Positions 57,811 through 64,000 of a stretch of 64,000 nucleotides of DNA are shown one piece after another. The DNA is from Eledone cirrhosa (taxonomy: Eukaryota): assembly GCA_964016885.1 (NCBI GenBank), contig OZ024748.1, positions 50,778,001 to 50,842,000 on the forward strand. The letters run 5' to 3'. The position numbers and the translations under genes were made by a program. The notes beneath the pieces were generated by a model. That model ran no database searches. It saw only the letters and a program-made list of their open reading frames with translations, and was not told the DNA's origin. Positions within the stretch are counted from its first letter, which is position 1. Each line of letters opens with the position of its first letter.

Positions 57811-58290
57811 TATATGTATATATATATATGTTCATATGTTCATATATATATGTATATTATATTTATATTATATATATGTACATATAAATATATATATGTG
57901 ACTTGTTATCATTCTCACCGCTTATGTATGTGGATACACACGTTCAAAAACCTCAGGAGGAGAGAAAACTTTGCTTAAACACATTTATACATACAGGTAC
58001 ACACACAAACACATATAGGCCCACAAGATTCATTGACTTCTCTCCATTTTCCTCCCTCCCTTTACGTTGCATAACTACCATGTTGTTTGTTTCCTTTCCT
58101 CTGTTTTCCTTTGTCCCGATAACTTAATTTAGTTATCGCTCGCACTGATTTTAGGTATCTAGTCTTTAATGCGAAGAAATACGAACGATAATCAGCAGAC
58201 TACTGATGAAGGACATTCTTGTTTCTCGGTCTATTTTTATATTTTTATTCATATGTTCATATTCGCAATAACGCAGCACGCCATTTTTCA

Positions 58291-58362
<72 letters not shown>

Positions 58363-58417
58363 GTGTATATATATATATATATGTATATATATGTATATAT
58401 ATATATATATATGTATA

Positions 58418-58510
<93 letters not shown>

Positions 58511-58613
58511 ATAATAGTAATAATAATAAATTTGAAGACTAAAATCCAAAGAAGATCCCGTTAAGGGTGAAAGCAGCGATTCTTTGCTTAAACTTAAACT
58601 GTTATTTTAATAA

Positions 58614-58753
<140 letters not shown>

Positions 58754-58953
58754 ATTTATCTCAACCTGTTAGTTCTTTCGTTACTTTGGTATATTGTGTT
58801 AGATTTTGCCTACCACAGTGTTCGATTTGTCAAGCTATTTAAACGTATGTTATTACTCTGAGGACCTACCTTGTCGAGTGCTTTGCTAACTCATTCTCAT
58901 AGTAGGCCGAATTTGCTTGCACACCGCCAGAGATTCGATTTTACTAAGTATCC

Positions 58954-58987
<34 letters not shown>

Positions 58988-58988
<1 letters not shown>

Positions 58989-59266
58989 AACCTTGGTCTT
59001 CCTCTTCTAGTGTGTCCATGTAGGGGATCCCAAAGGAGCACTGAGTGCAATGTCAACTCTGGATGTCGGTGAGCATGTCCAGCCAACCTCAGTCTTCTCT
59101 GTGTCACTTTTGAGCTGACTTTTGGGATGCTCCCATACAGCTCTGAGTTTTTCATCCTCAGTGTATACTGATTAATGTTCAGAGCCATCCTCAGCATTCT
59201 CGTGTAGCACCCACCCACCATCTGAGTGAGTCTCTTGGTCAGTGTCCAAGTCTCAGACCCATACAT
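58988..59266 (-). pseudogene. RTE-like LINE C-terminal fragment
   Basis: YGSETWTLTK...YTRMLRMALN...RRLRLAGH..RH...LLW.P.HG..RRGRPRLT. Confidence 0.85.
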
Positions 59267-59282
59267 TATAATTGAAAATTAT

Positions 59283-59385
<103 letters not shown>

Positions 59386-59601
59386 TTATAATTTTCAATC
59401 ATATTTTATTATTTGTTTGACCCGAATAGCTAGGTCGTTTCTATGGCTGTGCGGTTAATGGTTTAGCCAGCGTCTCAGCGGGTTTGGCCTTTTAACGTAT
59501 GTTGTAGCTCTAGTTCACTCGTTACTATGGAGCGCTTGCCACACATCTCGGAAGTTGTTTTTCGCTAATTTCCAATAGCCGAAATGCGATTCTCACTAAT
59601 T

Positions 59602-59664
<63 letters not shown>

Positions 59665-59716
59665 CAGTTATAAAAATATGTGCCTGTTGTATCCCAACAA
59701 ATTAAATACAACTTCT

Positions 59717-59777
<61 letters not shown>

Positions 59778-59823
59778 TATATATATATATATATAAAAAT
59801 ATATATATATATATATATAAAAA

Positions 59824-59883
<60 letters not shown>

Positions 59884-60239
59884 GCACAACAAATAGATCA
59901 CCAAGGTTTAACAATTAAAATATTATTTATTTGATTTAAATATGTTTCATTCTCCAAAGAATATTGTTTTCAATACCTTTGTAGTGAAATCATGAGAATT
60001 AATTATATTCAACATATAAAAGGTATTTATTTACCGAACATGTATGTGCGTACCTGGGTGAAGCAAATACATTTATACTGTTTCATTGTGGAGACATAAC
60101 AGTGTTATTAATGACCGATAATATGTGAGAAATAAATATTCTTTGAAATATTCTTTGAATAAATATTCTTTGAAATATTCTTTTCTACGTTGCTTTCTCC
60201 CGAATTGGCTTTCACTCAATATAATATAACGATATAACA

Positions 60240-60440
60240 GTTTCTGGTTTAGACACAAGGCTAACAATTTTTGGGGGAAAGTCGATTAAATCAACCCCAG
60301 TACATTACTGGTACTTTATTTAGTCGACTCCGTAAGGATGAAAGGCAAAGCTAACCTCGGCGAGATTTGAACTCAGTATTTAAAGAGCCATAGCTATATG
60401 CCACAAAGCATAATGCACGAGGCTCTAACGATACTGCCAA
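60240..60440 (-). mobile_element. SINE
   Basis: Reverse complement of the SINE consensus. Confidence 0.75.
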
Positions 60441-61219
60441 TAACAATATAACATAACATATTGATGTGAAATTATGCAAAACGTTAAATAAATTCTGTGG
60501 GTGGGTGTGTCTGTCTGTATCTCTATGCGCTTGTGTATGAGTGTGTAAGATTATGCAAAGCAGTCTATTCTTTCAATAAATGAGAAACTGAAATGCTCAA
60601 ATCCGATAAGATGAAAGAGACAGTAGTTATATGTACACAGATATCCTTTACATTCAACAAATATCAGGCTCTCCATCTCGTGAAATGTATTCTTAATTTA
60701 TAGAAATAATCTTACTTTCTTCTTGAAAGGCCCTAACAATTGCCACTAAGTGTTTTCACTCAGAGAGAAATATTTAAAACTAAAACTGTGTTAATACTAT
60801 ATGTGTATTACCTATTTAGATTAATAATATACTTTCGAATAATTGGCTCCCTTAAGATATTTCACTTAGCTTTTACTTTTCATTCTTAATTATACTTCAA
60901 AAATACTTTTAATTATATTTATATTTGTAAAAATCTAATTTCTAATCAACAACGCGCTTCGGGAATAAATTAATGGATACCCGATTCTGGATATAGATTA
61001 AGTCATTCTTTATAATATATAAAAATAATTATACGTATTTCATTTACAAGAAAATCGTCAAAGTATATTTAATCTGGCATGGAAAATATAAATACGTCAA
61101 AGAATGTTCGGTAGATATAAGTGTGTGTATGTGTGTGTGTGTGGGGGGGGGGGGGGAATCTACATGTATAGCTATATACATAAATGCTTACTTACGTACA
61201 TACATACGTGCATACATAC

Positions 61220-61318
<99 letters not shown>

Positions 61319-61956
61319 TATATAACAAAGGAATTGTGGTAAGGAACCAGATGGACCATAACGTAGGTTATAGGAAAAAGTATGACCCCCACAGTAGAGC
61401 TCAAGCCGTTTCGACGGCTATTTCTGGACTCAGCTTGAGTCCAGAAATAGCCGTCGAAACGCTTGAGCTCCGCCGTCGGGATCATACTTTTTTCTCTATA
61501 TATATACATGCCTACATACATGAGTAATTGGAGATAGCTTACCACTCTTTCTGTTAACTTTCCAAAAAATATATATTTTCATGACAATGCAAGCGTTTTG
61601 TTTTGGAGACAGTGAACGAAATTCGAAATTTAGTCAAAATAGAAGCTTTCCCCGTATTTTACCTTAAAAAATAGCCTGAAAGTTGGGTTTAAAACTCTCT
61701 AAATGGAAAAGGGTGAGTATATTTTTTTCGTGATTATAGAAACGGAATTCTGACAATCACATCATAATTGTCATAGTGATACATGTGTGATGACGGAATA
61801 TCATTAGTAATAATACTAACAACAAGGTGTGGTTAAATTTTGAAACACAGGATTTAGAGTCTCTGTTTGGAGGTTACATATAAGTTATCTAGTAATGGTT
61901 CCAATTCCTAAAACTGCGTCTTCCTCACTGAAGTGTTCCCTAATCTTACAAGCTGC

Positions 61957-62008
<52 letters not shown>

Positions 62009-62192
62009 TATAAGTGTATGTGTATGAATGTGTCCATGTGTGTATGCCTCTGCGTGTTTGTTTTAATAAATGTGCTTGAGTGTCCCAGTACTTAACATTG
62101 GATGGAAATAATAAGTATATACCATATAATTGACTTTGTGCACATTACTTGCTCTCTCCTTCTCTCACTCTCCCCCTATCTCTCTCACTCTC

Positions 62193-62262
<70 letters not shown>

Positions 62263-63235
62263 AACTATCTATCTATTAATCTATCACCCTCATTCGTCTT
62301 TTCAATTCTGTCTGTCTTACTCACCAACGATTCACCTCTTCGCCTCCTCAGCTTTCAATCCAACTTTTCTCCTTTCCAATATAAAATTATCCCTACCTAC
62401 AAAGGCAATTATTCGCATGGAACTTGAAATAATTGTCTTGCGTGGGAATAAAGAATAATTCCAGTAGCTTTTATCATAAGGAATCTTTTACATTTTCTTC
62501 TATTCATTAATTTCTTGTACCGGAAACAAGCAAATCCCAGCATTATAGTTCCTGATCTTTGACACAAATCGAAATATTTGTTGTAAGCAAAAAGAAAAGG
62601 AGATTAAACTCAGATGAAATAGTATTGCTGAAGAGATGAGGATAAGAAATAAATACGACTGAAACATAAGGCTATTAATCTAGCCTTTTAAATATGTATG
62701 TACGTATGTATGTATGTAGGTATGTTTGTATGTATGTATTATGATTGTATGTATGTATATTTGTATGTGCGTATGTATTTATGTTTGTATGTTTGTATGA
62801 CTATATATATATGTGTGTGTGTGTATCTATGTATTTATGTATGTACGCATGTTTGTATGTGTTTGTATGTTTGTTTGTATGTATGTACATTTGTTTGTAT
62901 ATATATGTATGAACGTATATAAGCTCATATGTATATATGTATGTGCGTATGTATGTATATATGTAAGCATGTATAGACACACAAACATACATGAACACAT
63001 GTGTGAGTGTTTGTTTGTGTGTGTGCCAAATAAAGAATTATTGAGAAAGCCGCTCCACTGCCAATAGGATGTATAATGCCGGAGAAGAATAAATTAAAAA
63101 TGTCAGAAGGAAACAATACATTTTACACAAGATCTTTCATAATCTATTAATTTTTGGAGCTCCTTTTTAAATGAAGAAGGGCATGGCTACCATGTGCTAT
63201 TTTGTGTGGTGTTATTGGCCATTAATGGAGATGTG

Positions 63236-63646
63236 GCATGCGCAGACCGCTCATAATATCCAATTAGCTCCATGTAACTGAACTTGTCTGTTGAGAAAAG
63301 ACATTTTGGTCCGTAAATTCGCAACGTTCCACTCGTTAGTTTCTATGGTAACCTGTACTAACTAGTAGAAAAGCCACCCTTCGGGTGGTTTTCTGCTAGC
63401 ATGTGTACTGTGTATGTTGATATTATACGCAGATATATATACATGTAGATATGATACATCAAATAAAATCGTAATTGACAATATATAATACATAGAAATT
63501 GAACGAAGACTGCGTTACACTGTCTTATTTAGTCAGTAACGTAATCCATGATGCATTAAAAAGACGATATTATATATAAACCGCATTAGAAGAAAATTAG
63601 TGACAGAAAATAAGTATGTTTATTTAAGCGATCACCACCGGAAGTG
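63236..63646. promoter_or_regulatory. Possible promoter motif cluster (NRF1-like, CCAAT, RFX X-box, ETS)
   Basis: GCATGCGCA at 63236, CCAAT at ~63260, GTTTCTATGGTAAC at 63339-63352, ACCGGAAGTG at 63637. Confidence 0.3.
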
Positions 63647-63756
63647 GTGACATTTCAGAAATTTTAAAGAAGTGAATCTTTAAATAAACAAAATATATTT
63701 AATCAACAGCCACGAAATTTAGTAGATAAATTATGTAATATTCATTCATTATTTAT

Positions 63757-63862
63757 CCCGCCGAGGTTAACTTTGCCCTTCATCCTTCCGGGGTCGATAA
63801 ATTAAAGTACCAGTAATGCACTGGTTATTGCTGGCCTTGTGCCAAAAGTAGAAACAATTATT
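63757..63862 (+). mobile_element. SINE 3' part
   Basis: tcccgccgaggttaactttgcccttcatccttccggggtcgataaattaaagtaccag...gccaaaagtagaaacaatt. Confidence 0.78.
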
Positions 63863-64000
63863 TATTCAAAGTAATCCAACGTATTTTACAAACGGGATAA
63901 AAAAAAAAATTAACCGTACGCAATCCCGTCCTCCTGACTTTATTATAGTTTAGATATATTTCTTTATTTTACTTTGTTAATTGTTATTTTGCTTCCGTTT

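Noticed and set aside
58855-58935. CTGAGGA-cctac...gtagg-ccGAAT
   Set aside because: No GAAA, stem III or cleavage triplet; at best a very decayed HHR
63372-63393. Bacterial rho-independent terminator
   Set aside because: Eukaryotic repeat context and no upstream bacterial-type ORF

Overview
AT-rich, microsatellite-saturated animal genomic DNA. The (TA)n/(CA)n/(GA)n/(TATG)n load and the SINE family suggest a mollusc, probably an octopus-type cephalopod (inference). I found no intact host protein-coding gene; nearly all ORFs in the track are microsatellite artefacts. Recognisable mobile elements: a 5'-truncated Penelope-like element (GIY-YIG, Neptune-like) with inverted pseudo-LTRs, a decayed RTE LINE with a PHD-like finger inside the RT, an R4/Dong-like RLE LINE with an inverted copy of its own 3' end, several LINE fragments, and more than 12 copies of one tRNA-derived SINE. 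The main hidden signal is structured RNA, read by eye and not by a covariance search. About 16 dispersed type I hammerhead ribozyme (HHR) motifs from several repeat families are present, some intact and some decayed. A ~6 kb tandem array of 615-bp units carries one extended HHR per unit (retrozyme-like). Three families use the compensatory U3:A8 core (UUGANAA). A fourth family has a covarying pseudoknotted fold that holds the hammerhead core nucleotides in a scrambled order. Self-cleavage activity is not shown for any of these.
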